From a virus (taxonomy: Duplodnaviria > Caudoviricetes), in the IMG/VR virus record IMGVR_UViG_3300048598_000221, positions 1 through 24,293 of that record: DNA of 24,293 nt. The stretch is one strand, 5' to 3'. How positions within the stretch are numbered: position 1 is the first letter of the stretch; each line of letters begins with the position of its first letter. A program made the translations under genes and the position numbers. The notes beneath the pieces were generated by a model. The model searched no databases and was not told where the DNA came from. It saw only the letters and a list, made by a program, of their open reading frames with translations. This document shows positions 9,415-17,863 of this stretch, piece after piece.

Positions 9415-9418
<4 letters not shown>

Positions 9419-9711
9419 AATGCGAACTGTGTGGTGGATCCGGCCTGCAGATGGAATATTCTCTGCGCCCAGTCCGCCCATCACCTGGCGGACAAACCAT
9501 CATCGGGCCGGCTCGGCCGCTCACGCGGGAGCAGTTCGAAGATCTCCGCCAGCGCGGCCTGCCGAGCTCGGTGTTGGAATGGCGTCCGGGTGCTGAGGGT
9601 TGGATCTCCGAAAGCGCACGGATCTGCCAGTGTCGGATTGATGCGGCGCGCAGGGACAAGGAAAAGCCGGCGCGCAGACGTCACGCGACGAAGGGAGGGC
9701 AGGAGGCGTGA
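9415..9711 (+). CDS. Small Zn-finger protein (CxxC...CxC)
   Basis: MKCELCGGSG...ARICQCR; ATGA overlap with replication gene. Confidence 0.72.
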
Positions 9712-9923
9712 CCGGGCAATGGATTCCCGCGAAAGAAGCGGCGGAAAAACTCGGCGTCAGCGAGCGCACGGTGCGCCGGTCAATCCAAGATGGAACGATC
9801 CCTGGAAGGCGAATTGGCAAGCGGCTGTTGTTCGTCGAGCGGGCGTACGTGGAGGCGAAGGAACAGAGTAATCATCGGTACTTATTGGCACACAACGGTA
9901 CATATCGGACAGAAAATGCTTAA
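9708..9923 (+). CDS. Excisionase-like (HTH_17-type) DNA-binding protein, candidate late-gene activator
   Basis: WIPAKEAAEKLGVSERTVRRSIQDGTIPGRRIGKRLLFV; GTGA overlap, GGAGG SD. Confidence 0.85.
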   Translation: MTGQWIPAKEAAEKLGVSERTVRRSIQDGTIPGRRIGKRLLFVERAYVEAKEQSNHRYLLAHNGTYRTENA

Positions 9924-9946
9924 AACAGATCATGCTGTGGTAGGTT
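9874..9946 (+). promoter_or_regulatory. Putative late promoter: four 10-bp-phased direct repeats plus extended -10
   Basis: ATCGGTACTT/ATTGGCACAC/AACGGTACAT/ATCGGACAGA at 9874, 9884, 9894, 9904; TGgTAGGTT at 9938-9946; no good -35. Confidence 0.6.
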
Positions 9947-9953
9947 TTTGAGC

Positions 9954-10046
9954 AGGGCTTCGGCTCTTCGACGCCAGTATCAGACGAGGCATCTGGCGCG
10001 CACCTCCTCGCATCAGTCCGCGCAAGCGGACGATGCAAATCCGTCT
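9954..10046 (+). ncRNA. Candidate structured leader or small RNA
   Basis: AGGGC-UUCG-GCUCU hairpin (9954-9967), CGCCAG/CUGGCG stem (9972-9998), GCAUC-a-GUCCGC-GCAA-GCGGAC-GAUGC hairpin (10010-10036). Confidence 0.55.
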
Positions 10047-10050
10047 TTCG

Positions 10051-10356
10051 ATGAACATCCCAATCTATTCCGCGAATGGGCACTTGCTGCACTGGGCACC
10101 CGAGGAAGGCGTGCTCGAGAATGCGCGGCACTTCACCCTGGTGCGCAACCGGCGCGGGCATCTCAAGCGGGCGGTCCTGAAGCCGGCCGACTTGTCGCTC
10201 GATCTGCGGCCGACAAGTAGCGTGGGCCTTGCCTTCCGGCAGCCACTCAGCGCGGGCAGTTGCTATGCCCTGCACGGTGTGGCCGGGTCGGGCGAGTCGG
10301 ACGTGATTGTGAGGGTGGCCAATGAGCACGGCCGGAGCGAGATGGTTGGCTGCTGA
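10051..10356 (+). CDS. Hypothetical protein, first gene of the late region
   Basis: ORF with ATG at 10033 or 10051; 10033 is buried in a hairpin; no clear SD. Confidence 0.6.
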   Translation: MNIPIYSANGHLLHWAPEEGVLENARHFTLVRNRRGHLKRAVLKPADLSLDLRPTSSVGLAFRQPLSAGSCYALHGVAGSGESDVIVRVANEHGRSEMVGC

Positions 10357-10516
10357 TCAACGAGTGATGGAGCCGACGACGCGAGCGGAAGACGTTGAAC
10401 TGTTCTGGCCGATGGGCGGCCCGCTGGTCGAGCGTCTGAGTGCCGAGAGCTTGGCAGCGTTGGCGAGCGTGACGGGTGAGACGGTCGCGGAGTTGGTCGC
10501 TCGCGTGTGTGCCTGA
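10322..10516 (+). CDS. Small hypothetical protein (64 aa)
   Basis: GAGGGTGG upstream of ATG 10322; stop 1 nt before the HNH start. Confidence 0.5.
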   Translation: MSTAGARWLAADQRVMEPTTRAEDVELFWPMGGPLVERLSAESLAALASVTGETVAELVARVCA

Positions 10517-10517
10517 T

Positions 10518-10958
10518 ATGCCGAACCTTCCAGCGCGTGCATGCAGTACTCCCGGTTGCGGCGGATCCAGCCAGACCGGCGATAGCCTCTGCACTGCCTG
10601 CCGGCAGAAGCGGGAGCAACGCCGCGGAAACTCGGCAGAGCGAGGCTACGACAAGCAACATCGGCAGCTCCGAGTGCAGTGCTTCCTGCGCGATGAATGG
10701 CGTTGCCGCGAGTGCGGGTGGGAACCGGAGATCGTGAGCCAGTTTCGATTGGCGGGGCTCGGCCTGCCGGATCCGGATGTAGTGCTCGATGAGTTGCGCC
10801 GGGCTTTCCTGTGCGGCAACCGGCATCTGCATGCGGATCACGTGGTGCCTATCGAGTCCGATGCCAGCCAGCGTCTAGACCTGGGCAACCTCCAAACACT
10901 CTGTGATCTCTGCCACCGGCGCAAGACCCAGGCAGAGGGGGCCCTGGCGGCGAGATGA
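10518..10958 (+). CDS. Terminase-associated HNH endonuclease (HK97 gp74-like)
   Basis: SAERGYD, CRECG, ADHVVP, NLQTLCDLCHRRKT; immediately upstream of terS. Confidence 0.9.
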   Translation: MPNLPARACSTPGCGGSSQTGDSLCTACRQKREQRRGNSAERGYDKQHRQLRVQCFLRDEWRCRECGWEPEIVSQFRLAGLGLPDPDVVLDELRRAFLCGNRHLHADHVVPIESDASQRLDLGNLQTLCDLCHRRKTQAEGALAAR

Positions 10959-11087
10959 CCGGGCGACCGGGTAGGGTGGGTCGAATACCTACGGCTCCAA
11001 GTGCCGTGACCAAGCTGGCTTCATCCGCAAACATCCGCAGGTTTTCAGAATTTTTTCGAAGTTCGACGATTTTGAACTGAAGGGATT
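10959..11087. other. Probable cos/packaging-initiation region
   Basis: Non-coding gap between HNH and terS with G-rich start, CATCCGCA repeated at 11022 and 11032, T-rich tract; position expected for cos phages with this gene order; exact cut site not determinable. Confidence 0.5.
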
Positions 11088-11660
11088 ATGGGACTGAGAG
11101 GGCCCGCACCGAAGCCGACGGCACTACGCGTGATGGAGGGCAATCCATCCAAGCGCGCACTGCCGGAGAACGAGCCCGCATACGCGGCCGGAATTCCGGA
11201 CCTGCCGAAGCGCGCGAGCGCGGCGGCCCGCAGGATCCACGCCGAGCTGGCGCCGGAAATGATGGACGCGCGCGTGCTGCGCCGCGTCGACAAGCGCGCT
11301 CTCTGGCAGCTCTGCGAAGACGAGGCCCTGCTCGAGGAACTCTATGCGGGCATCACGGTACGTGTGCGCGAGCTGAAGGATGAGCGGAAGCGCCCCGCGG
11401 CATCGCAACCGGCGGGGCAGCCCGATGCACAGACCACCGAAGAGAGCGCGACGCATCCTCGCAATCCAGCGACGGCGCTCCTCGATCTGCTTTCGACGCA
11501 TGAGGGCCGGCGGCTCATGAATTCGCTGAACAACCTGGGCGGCCGCATCATCCTGGAGCGGCGCGAATTTGGATTGACGCCGAGCGCGCGAACGCGTATC
11601 AACACGGATTACGATCGCGGCCCGGCCGCCGACAACCTGGAACTCGATTTGTGTGGCTGA
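11088..11660 (+). CDS. terS: Terminase small subunit (P27 family)
   Basis: MGLRGPAPKPTALRVMEGNPSKRAL and EFGLTPSARTRI signature motifs. Confidence 0.93.
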   Translation: MGLRGPAPKPTALRVMEGNPSKRALPENEPAYAAGIPDLPKRASAAARRIHAELAPEMMDARVLRRVDKRALWQLCEDEALLEELYAGITVRVRELKDERKRPAASQPAGQPDAQTTEESATHPRNPATALLDLLSTHEGRRLMNSLNNLGGRIILERREFGLTPSARTRINTDYDRGPAADNLELDLCG

Positions 11661-13359
11661 GTACAAGCCGGATACCTGTGCATACTGTCAGACGGACACC
11701 TGGTGCGAGACGCGCAGCAACGGCAAACCGATGTGCCGGGCGTGCAAGGTCGAGCGCTTCTATTCCCGCATTCTGTACCCGCCGCTTGGCCTCACGCTCA
11801 TGGGGTGGCAGTCGAAGGCGCTGCGCGAGCTGGTCGGCACTGTACGTCCGGAGAATGGGCTCCGCCTTTATCACCGTGGTTACATCAGCACGGGCAAGCA
11901 AAACGGCAAGTCCTTCCTATCGGGTGGACTGCCCATCTATCACATCCTCATGGATGACGAGGAATACCCGGAAGCCTACGGCGCCGCGGCTGCAAAAGAG
12001 CAGGCGGGCATCGTTTTCAAGGCCGCGGCGATTCTGGTAAATGCGAACGTCGATCTGCGCGACCGGCTGAAGATCATTCCATCGATGAAGCGGATTGTCC
12101 GGCGCGATGGCGGCGGGCTGTACCAGGTACTCTCGGCGGATGGCGACGTGCAGGATGGTATCCGACCCTCGCTGCTGATCCGTGATGAGATGCACCGCTG
12201 GAAAACGAGCAAGGCGCAGACCCTGTACGACGTCACGACGAAGGGCCAGATTTCGCGGACAGAGCCACTTGACCTCGCAATCACTACCGCCGGCGCAGAG
12301 TACGAATCGCCGCTCTGGTATGGGGAATATGAATTCGCAAAACGCGTCCTGGATGGTTCGATCAAATCGGAGACGTTCTACGCGTTGATTTTCGAAGCGA
12401 ATCGAAAGCGGCTCGAAGCGGAGCCCGAGTATTGGAAGTCCCGGGAGGCGCGAGTGGCGGCGAATCCCAGCCATGAGGACCATGGCGGATTCTTGAAGGA
12501 TGCGTCGCTTGTGCGGGAACTCGAAAAGGCGATTGCGCAGCCGGCAGACAAGAGCAAGTATCTGCGCTACCACCTAAACGTGCCGATTCAAACGCAGGAA
12601 GATCCGGTCGTCGATATGGCCAAGTGGCAACTCTGCGGCGGCGACGTCGATCTCCGGAAATGGACCGAGTGGGCAGGCTATGACGTCGACCGCCTCGTTG
12701 AAAAGTGGAATCTCAAGGGGAAGCCATGCTGGGCCGGAGTCGACGCGAGTTGGACCACGGATATGACGGCCGTCGTGTTCGTGTTCCCGCCCGAGGAGGA
12801 GGCCGGGCCCTGGACGCTGCTTCCGTTTTTCTGGATGCCCAAGAGTCGCGTTCCAGAAATCGAGCGAGTCTGCCGCATGCCGTTTTCCGATTGGATCGAG
12901 CGCGGATTCGTCGCGGCGACGCCGGGAAATGCGATCGACATGCGTGCCATCGAGGACCGTTTGAAGTGGGGCGACGGCGTGTTTGACTTGCAGGAAATCG
13001 ACTATGACCGCTGCAATTTCCGGTCAGAGGCGATGGATTTGGCGGACCAGGGGCTGCCGACGATGGAAGTCACGCAGTCCTTCATGCATTTGAGCGCGCC
13101 GACAAAATTTTTCTTGCGCTGTATCCCCGATCTGCAGTTTCGGCACGGCAATCATCCAGTGCTGAACTGGATGGCCGGGTGTCTGCAACTGCAATACGAC
13201 CACAAGGACAATTGCCAGCCGGTCAAACCGGAGCGGCTGAAGAGCACCAAGCGGATCGACGGCATTGCCGCCATCGTGAACGCGCTCAGCCGCGCAGTGA
13301 CGAATGAATCAAGCCGGTCGCTGTTTAGCGCCTACACCGGATTGAGGAGCGTGGGCTAG
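11653..13359 (+). CDS. terL: Terminase large subunit
   Basis: Walker A GKQNGKS, Walker B LLIRDEMH, ITTAG, nuclease AGVDAS and KRIDGIAA. Confidence 0.96.
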   Translation: MAEYKPDTCAYCQTDTWCETRSNGKPMCRACKVERFYSRILYPPLGLTLMGWQSKALRELVGTVRPENGLRLYHRGYISTGKQNGKSFLSGGLPIYHILMDDEEYPEAYGAAAAKEQAGIVFKAAAILVNANVDLRDRLKIIPSMKRIVRRDGGGLYQVLSADGDVQDGIRPSLLIRDEMHRWKTSKAQTLYDVTTKGQISRTEPLDLAITTAGAEYESPLWYGEYEFAKRVLDGSIKSETFYALIFEANRKRLEAEPEYWKSREARVAANPSHEDHGGFLKDASLVRELEKAIAQPADKSKYLRYHLNVPIQTQEDPVVDMAKWQLCGGDVDLRKWTEWAGYDVDRLVEKWNLKGKPCWAGVDASWTTDMTAVVFVFPPEEEAGPWTLLPFFWMPKSRVPEIERVCRMPFSDWIERGFVAATPGNAIDMRAIEDRLKWGDGVFDLQEIDYDRCNFRSEAMDLADQGLPTMEVTQSFMHLSAPTKFFLRCIPDLQFRHGNHPVLNWMAGCLQLQYDHKDNCQPVKPERLKSTKRIDGIAAIVNALSRAVTNESSRSLFSAYTGLRSVG

Positions 13360-14738
13360 TGTTTCCAGGCATTCGCTCGGTGATGAAGGAATGGGCCGGC
13401 CGGGACCGCGGCCTCACTGCGCTGGATATCGAGCAAAAGGCGGCTGGCGGCATCACTTTCGATGCGGTAAGCGTCGGTTGGTATGCACGGAACGGCTACC
13501 CGGGCATCTACTCGATTATGTCGGGCGGAATGCCCGCCTGGTCGGGCGAGCCCGTATCGACTGAGACAGCCCTGAATCACTCCGTTGTCTGGGCCTGCAA
13601 CCGGCTCATTTCGGAATCCGTCGGACTCATTCCGTGCCTGATGTATCGCCAAGCCGGAAACGCAAAAGATCAGGCTGCCCGGCATCCGATGTTTCGCGCG
13701 CTCGCCAAAGGGAACGATGACGAGGCCGCGCAGGCGATGACCGAGCGCCAGACGACGCATTGCGTGCTCGGTGGAAATGCCTATAGCCAGATACTTCGTC
13801 GCAGCGGTGTGGGGACGGCGGTCGAATTGATTCCGCTGGAACCGACCGAAGTAACTCCGGACCGGGAGGTCGGCGGCGCAAGGCGGCTCGTCTATGTGGT
13901 CAAGGCCGGCAATGCGGCGGCGAAGACGTACACGATCGAGCGGAACAAGCCGCATCCGATTTTGCACGTACGGGGCTTCAGTTGGGACGGATTGCGCGGC
14001 TTCAGCGTGGTCACGATGGCGCGGCAATCCATCGGTACCGCGACGAGCATGGAGCGCAACGTGGCGAGGTTTTACGCCAACGGGGGCCGCGTTCCCTACT
14101 TGTTGGAACTTGCGAGCAAGTTCAAAACGGATGCCGAATACGAGAGGTTCCGCACCGACTGGGAAAAGCTTTACCAGGAACCGCACCGGGCTCCAATCCT
14201 AGAGCCCGGGATGACATATAAGCAGACTGGGATGTCCATGGTGGACGCCCAGCTGCTGGAAAGCCGGGTCTTCACGATCCAGGAGATCTGCCGGTGGTTT
14301 TCGGTCAACCCAACCATGGTTGGCGAACTGTCGCGCGCTACGTTTAGCAACATCGAGCACCTATTTCTGCAGTTTTTGAAACTCACCCTCAACTCATGGC
14401 TGACCAGGTGGGAACAGGATCTCTGGCGCTGCGTTCTGACGCCAGACGAAAAGGACGAGGGGTATTTCTTCCACCATGATGTGCGGGCTCTGTTGCGCGG
14501 CGACTTCGCCAGTCGCATGGCCGGCTACGCCTCGGCGCTCCAAAATGGACATCTCTCGATCGACGAAGTCCGAGATGAAGAAGATCGCAATCCGCTGCCC
14601 GACGGGGCTGGCTCGCATTATCACATTCAACTGAACATGCAGACCGTCCGCGGCGGTGACGAGACGCTGGCGAGCGATGCACAGGCTGCCGAGGGGACCG
14701 GCAAATCCGGCAGCTCGCAACTGGTGCGAATCAAATAG
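13359..14738 (+). CDS. Portal protein, HK97 family
   Basis: VWACNRLISESVG, GNAY, DGLRGFS, ICRWFSV, TFSNIEH, LLRGD, DEVRDEED. Confidence 0.96.
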   Translation: MFPGIRSVMKEWAGRDRGLTALDIEQKAAGGITFDAVSVGWYARNGYPGIYSIMSGGMPAWSGEPVSTETALNHSVVWACNRLISESVGLIPCLMYRQAGNAKDQAARHPMFRALAKGNDDEAAQAMTERQTTHCVLGGNAYSQILRRSGVGTAVELIPLEPTEVTPDREVGGARRLVYVVKAGNAAAKTYTIERNKPHPILHVRGFSWDGLRGFSVVTMARQSIGTATSMERNVARFYANGGRVPYLLELASKFKTDAEYERFRTDWEKLYQEPHRAPILEPGMTYKQTGMSMVDAQLLESRVFTIQEICRWFSVNPTMVGELSRATFSNIEHLFLQFLKLTLNSWLTRWEQDLWRCVLTPDEKDEGYFFHHDVRALLRGDFASRMAGYASALQNGHLSIDEVRDEEDRNPLPDGAGSHYHIQLNMQTVRGGDETLASDAQAAEGTGKSGSSQLVRIK

Positions 14739-14765
14739 TGCTCGACTTTTCGAGGTGAACCGACA

Positions 14766-15785
14766 ATGACACTTTTCACGCATAAGAATCATGGGGCCCG
14801 AGGAAAGAACGCCGGCCTGCAAACCAAAGATATGATGCGGCTGGAGATCAAAGAGATCTCCGAGCAAGGCGTTTTCGAAGGGATTCTCTCGCCCTATGGC
14901 AACGTCGACGAGGGCGGCGATGTTGTTGAGTCGGGCGCGTTCACGAAGACGCTCAAAGAGCAGGGCAATGAGCGCCCACTGTTGTGGCAGCATCGGCCTG
15001 GCGAACCAATCGGTAAGCTGACTCTCACCGATACGGAAGAGGGATTGCTCTGCAAAGGGCAGCTCCTGCTCGATGACGCGCTGCCGGAAGCGCGCAAGGC
15101 CTATTTGCTGATCAAGAACAAGATCGTCAAAGGCCTGTCGATCGGCTTTGAGTCGATTCGAGATTCCGTCGAGGGAACGGTCCGGCACCTCAAAGAGGTC
15201 AAGCTCTACGAAGGCAGTGTCGTCACGTTCCCTATGAATGAGCTGGCGCTGATTACATCCGTGAAGAAGCGCGAGACAAAGAGCCACGAGGCGAAGGGCG
15301 ACTTTAGCGAAGAGCTCGAGGAGCGCCAGTTGCTCGACGCCTGGTATCAGATGAAATCGGCGCTGAGCGATGCGCTGTGCTCGATGCTCTACAGCGGCGC
15401 CAGCCGGGAGGACAAGCTGGTGATGGCGGAGACCATCATCCAGCAATTCCATGACGCTTTCATGGATTTCCTGCCTGACTACCTCGATGCCGCCGCCGAG
15501 GTGTACGGCATCAAGGGCCGGAAGCCCTTCGAAACGAAGGAGGGGCGTACCATCAGCGCCTCCACTCGCGAGACTTTGGCGACCGCGCACAAGTGCGTAA
15601 AGGACGCCGTTGACATTCTGTCGGCACTTTTGGAATCGGACGCCGGCGAGACCGACGAGGGCAAACCCAAGTCGGCGGCCACCTCCGAGAAAAAAGCCGC
15701 CACCGAATCTGCCGCGCCGGGTGACCACTCGGCAGTGTTGCGTGGAATTGATGAACTGAAGGAGACGATGATATGGACCCGGTAG
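14766..15785 (+). CDS. Prohead protease, HK97 family, with C-terminal extension
   Basis: LLWQH, GLSIGF, LYEGSVVTFPMN; GAGGTG SD at 14752-14757. Confidence 0.94.
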   Translation: MTLFTHKNHGARGKNAGLQTKDMMRLEIKEISEQGVFEGILSPYGNVDEGGDVVESGAFTKTLKEQGNERPLLWQHRPGEPIGKLTLTDTEEGLLCKGQLLLDDALPEARKAYLLIKNKIVKGLSIGFESIRDSVEGTVRHLKEVKLYEGSVVTFPMNELALITSVKKRETKSHEAKGDFSEELEERQLLDAWYQMKSALSDALCSMLYSGASREDKLVMAETIIQQFHDAFMDFLPDYLDAAAEVYGIKGRKPFETKEGRTISASTRETLATAHKCVKDAVDILSALLESDAGETDEGKPKSAATSEKKAATESAAPGDHSAVLRGIDELKETMIWTR

Positions 15786-16984
15786 AAACCAAGATCCACG
15801 AACTGGCCGAGTTGCAGAGCAAGTTTCTCGCGCAGGCCAAAACCGATATCGACAGCTTCGGGCGCGTGGCGCAAGATACCAAGACTGCGCTCGAGGAGAC
15901 GCGCGGCGAGTTGAAGAAGCTGCAGACGCAGACCGACGCGATCGACCTGCAGCTCAAAGAGCGCCACGCCGCCGGCGCCGCGAGCGAGACGAAGTCGTTG
16001 GAGGACGTGCTGAAGGACGATCCGCAGATCAATGAAGTCGTCACGAAGAACCGCCGCAGTGGCAGCATCACACTCACCGGGAAGCAGATGGCCCGCGTGA
16101 TGCAATACAAGGACATCATCACGTCCACGGCGGTGGGTGTAGCGACGTCCGGCGTCCTGCAGATCGATCGCATCCCCGGCATCACGCCCGAGGCGCGGCA
16201 GGATCTGACGGTCCGCGATGCTCTGACTGCGCGGCCGACGAACATGCAGGTGATCGATTTCGTCCGCGTTAAAACAGCGCCGGTCAAGGGCTCTCCGCAG
16301 GTCGAGGCGAGCGACAAGCTCCAGAACAAGGTCGAATTCGAATCGAAATCCGAAAAAGTCAGAACTCTGGCGACCTGGATTCCAGCATCGCGTCAGATTC
16401 TCGATGACTTCACCGAGTTGGCGGGCTATCTGAATACGGCGCTGCCGTACTACGTCAACCTCGACGAAGAGGTGGAACTCCTCTCGGGAGACGGCACCGG
16501 CGAGCATCTCGACGGCCTCATTACGCAGGCCAGTCAGTTCAGCACCGCTTACCTGTCCGTGAGCAAGGGCTGGAACAAGATCGACATCATTGGCCGGGTA
16601 ATCGAACAGATCACCGTTGCCAAGGAAACCCAGCCCACCTTCATCATGCTCAATCCAATCGATTGGTGGGACGTCCGCTTGACCAAGGACGGATTCGGCC
16701 GCTACATCCTCGGCGATCCGCAGATCACCGCGCCTCCGTCACTGTTCGGCAAACAGGTCATCGTGACGACGTCCGTAGCGTCCGGAACCTTCCTGGTCGG
16801 CAGCGGCCTGCCGATCGCCTCGGAAATCCGCGACCGCATGGAGATGCAGATCGAGATCAGCCGCGAGCACAGTGACTACTTCGTGAAGAACCTGGTCGCA
16901 ATCCGTGCTGAAAAGCGCCTCGCGCTTGTCGTCAAGCGCCCGGCCTCCTACATTACGGGCAGCTTCACCACTTCCCCCGCCTGA
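15773..16984 (+). CDS. Major capsid protein, HK97 fold
   Basis: Coiled-coil N-terminal delta-like domain, ASRQILDD, LLSGDG, KDGFGRYI, FVKNLVAIRAEKRL; AAGGAG SD. Confidence 0.96.
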   Translation: MDPVETKIHELAELQSKFLAQAKTDIDSFGRVAQDTKTALEETRGELKKLQTQTDAIDLQLKERHAAGAASETKSLEDVLKDDPQINEVVTKNRRSGSITLTGKQMARVMQYKDIITSTAVGVATSGVLQIDRIPGITPEARQDLTVRDALTARPTNMQVIDFVRVKTAPVKGSPQVEASDKLQNKVEFESKSEKVRTLATWIPASRQILDDFTELAGYLNTALPYYVNLDEEVELLSGDGTGEHLDGLITQASQFSTAYLSVSKGWNKIDIIGRVIEQITVAKETQPTFIMLNPIDWWDVRLTKDGFGRYILGDPQITAPPSLFGKQVIVTTSVASGTFLVGSGLPIASEIRDRMEMQIEISREHSDYFVKNLVAIRAEKRLALVVKRPASYITGSFTTSPA

Positions 16985-17006
16985 ACCGCAGCTTCCATTT
17001 AAGGCA

Positions 17007-17040
17007 CCTGGGCCGCCCTAGTGACGGCCCAGGATTTTTT
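17007..17040 (+). terminator. Intrinsic terminator after the capsid gene
   Basis: 9-bp stem CCTGGGCCG (17007-17015)/CGGCCCAGG (17025-17033) followed by A and TTTTTT. Confidence 0.85.
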
Positions 17041-17073
17041 CAAATCCGCGAGTTGAATTGTTTCTCAACGACC

Positions 17074-17412
17074 ATGCGACTGATAGCTACTAGAGCACTG
17101 GCCGGAGATTACGGTCATGTCGTACCCGGCCAGCAATTCGAAGCAAGCGATGAAACGGCGCGCAATTTGATCGCCCGCGCATTGGCGCGCAAGCCCGATC
17201 CGCCGCGAATCGAGTATGAAACGAAGGTGATCGTTCCGGAAGCCCCCGAGGTGGGCGCGCGGCAGCGGTTTCATCAGCTGCCTGTGCTTGACACGGAACC
17301 GTCGCCAGTGGCTGCCGCAAGCGATCCAGTGCTTCCAAGCGCAGACTTATCCGCTACGCGAACTACTGATCCTGGCCGACGGCGCAGACGTTCGCGACCT
17401 GGTTCCATCTGA
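17074..17412 (+). CDS. Small post-capsid protein (112 aa); probable N-terminal partner of a frameshift fusion
   Basis: MRLIATRAL...PGQQFEASDETARNLIARALA resembles small head-associated proteins found after capsid genes; last ~46 codons overlap the glycosyltransferase. Confidence 0.7.
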   Translation: MRLIATRALAGDYGHVVPGQQFEASDETARNLIARALARKPDPPRIEYETKVIVPEAPEVGARQRFHQLPVLDTEPSPVAAASDPVLPSADLSATRTTDPGRRRRRSRPGSI

Positions 17413-17863
17413 CGGCCGGATTCGCCTTGTGGTTCTGTCTGGCGCCGCGGAGATCGGGATGAAGCGAAACGTGGGTTGCGAGCTGGCGGCCGGCGACGTG
17501 ATCGCGCACTGGGATGACGACGATTGCAGTGCTCCCGGGAGGCTGTCCGATCAGATCGGGCGGATGGAGGAGACGGGCGTGGCGGTCACCGGCTACCACT
17601 CGATGCGATTCACGGACGGAGTGCGGTGGTGGCTCTATGAGGGAAGTCCAAACTACGCTCTTGGGACGTCGCTATGCTATCGCCGCGAGTGGTGGGCAGC
17701 GCACAAGTTTAAGTCTGTTCAGGTTGGAGAAGACAATCAGTTCGTTGCGGAAGCCAACCACGCCCGGCAACTTTCTTCGGTAGACGCGCGCGACTTGATG
17801 TACGCGACCATCCACAACGCGAATACGAGTCCGCGAAACATGGCTGGATTTAGACAACTATGA
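17270..17863 (+). CDS. Family 2 glycosyltransferase (GT-A); no start codon upstream of its first beta strand
   Basis: FISCLCLTRNRRQWLPQAIQCFQAQTY, ILADG, KRNVGC, IAHWDDDD, GEDNQF; in-frame TGA at 17228 and first TTG only at 17288. Confidence 0.88.
   Translation, partial: FISCLCLTRNRRQWLPQAIQCFQAQTYPLRELLILADGADVRDLVPSDGRIRLVVLSGAAEIGMKRNVGCELAAGDVIAHWDDDDCSAPGRLSDQIGRMEETGVAVTGYHSMRFTDGVRWWLYEGSPNYALGTSLCYRREWWAAHKFKSVQVGEDNQFVAEANHARQLSSVDARDLMYATIHNANTSPRNMAGFRQL

Noticed and set aside
9972-10046. HDV-like or hammerhead ribozyme reading of the structured leader
   Set aside because: Only 6 nt are available where HDV P3/L3 would be needed, and the minus strand has CTGATGC instead of CUGANGA; kept as an unclassified structured RNA
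14741-14754. CTCGA/TCGAG hairpin over the protease SD
   Set aside because: Only 5 bp; too weak to claim regulation without data
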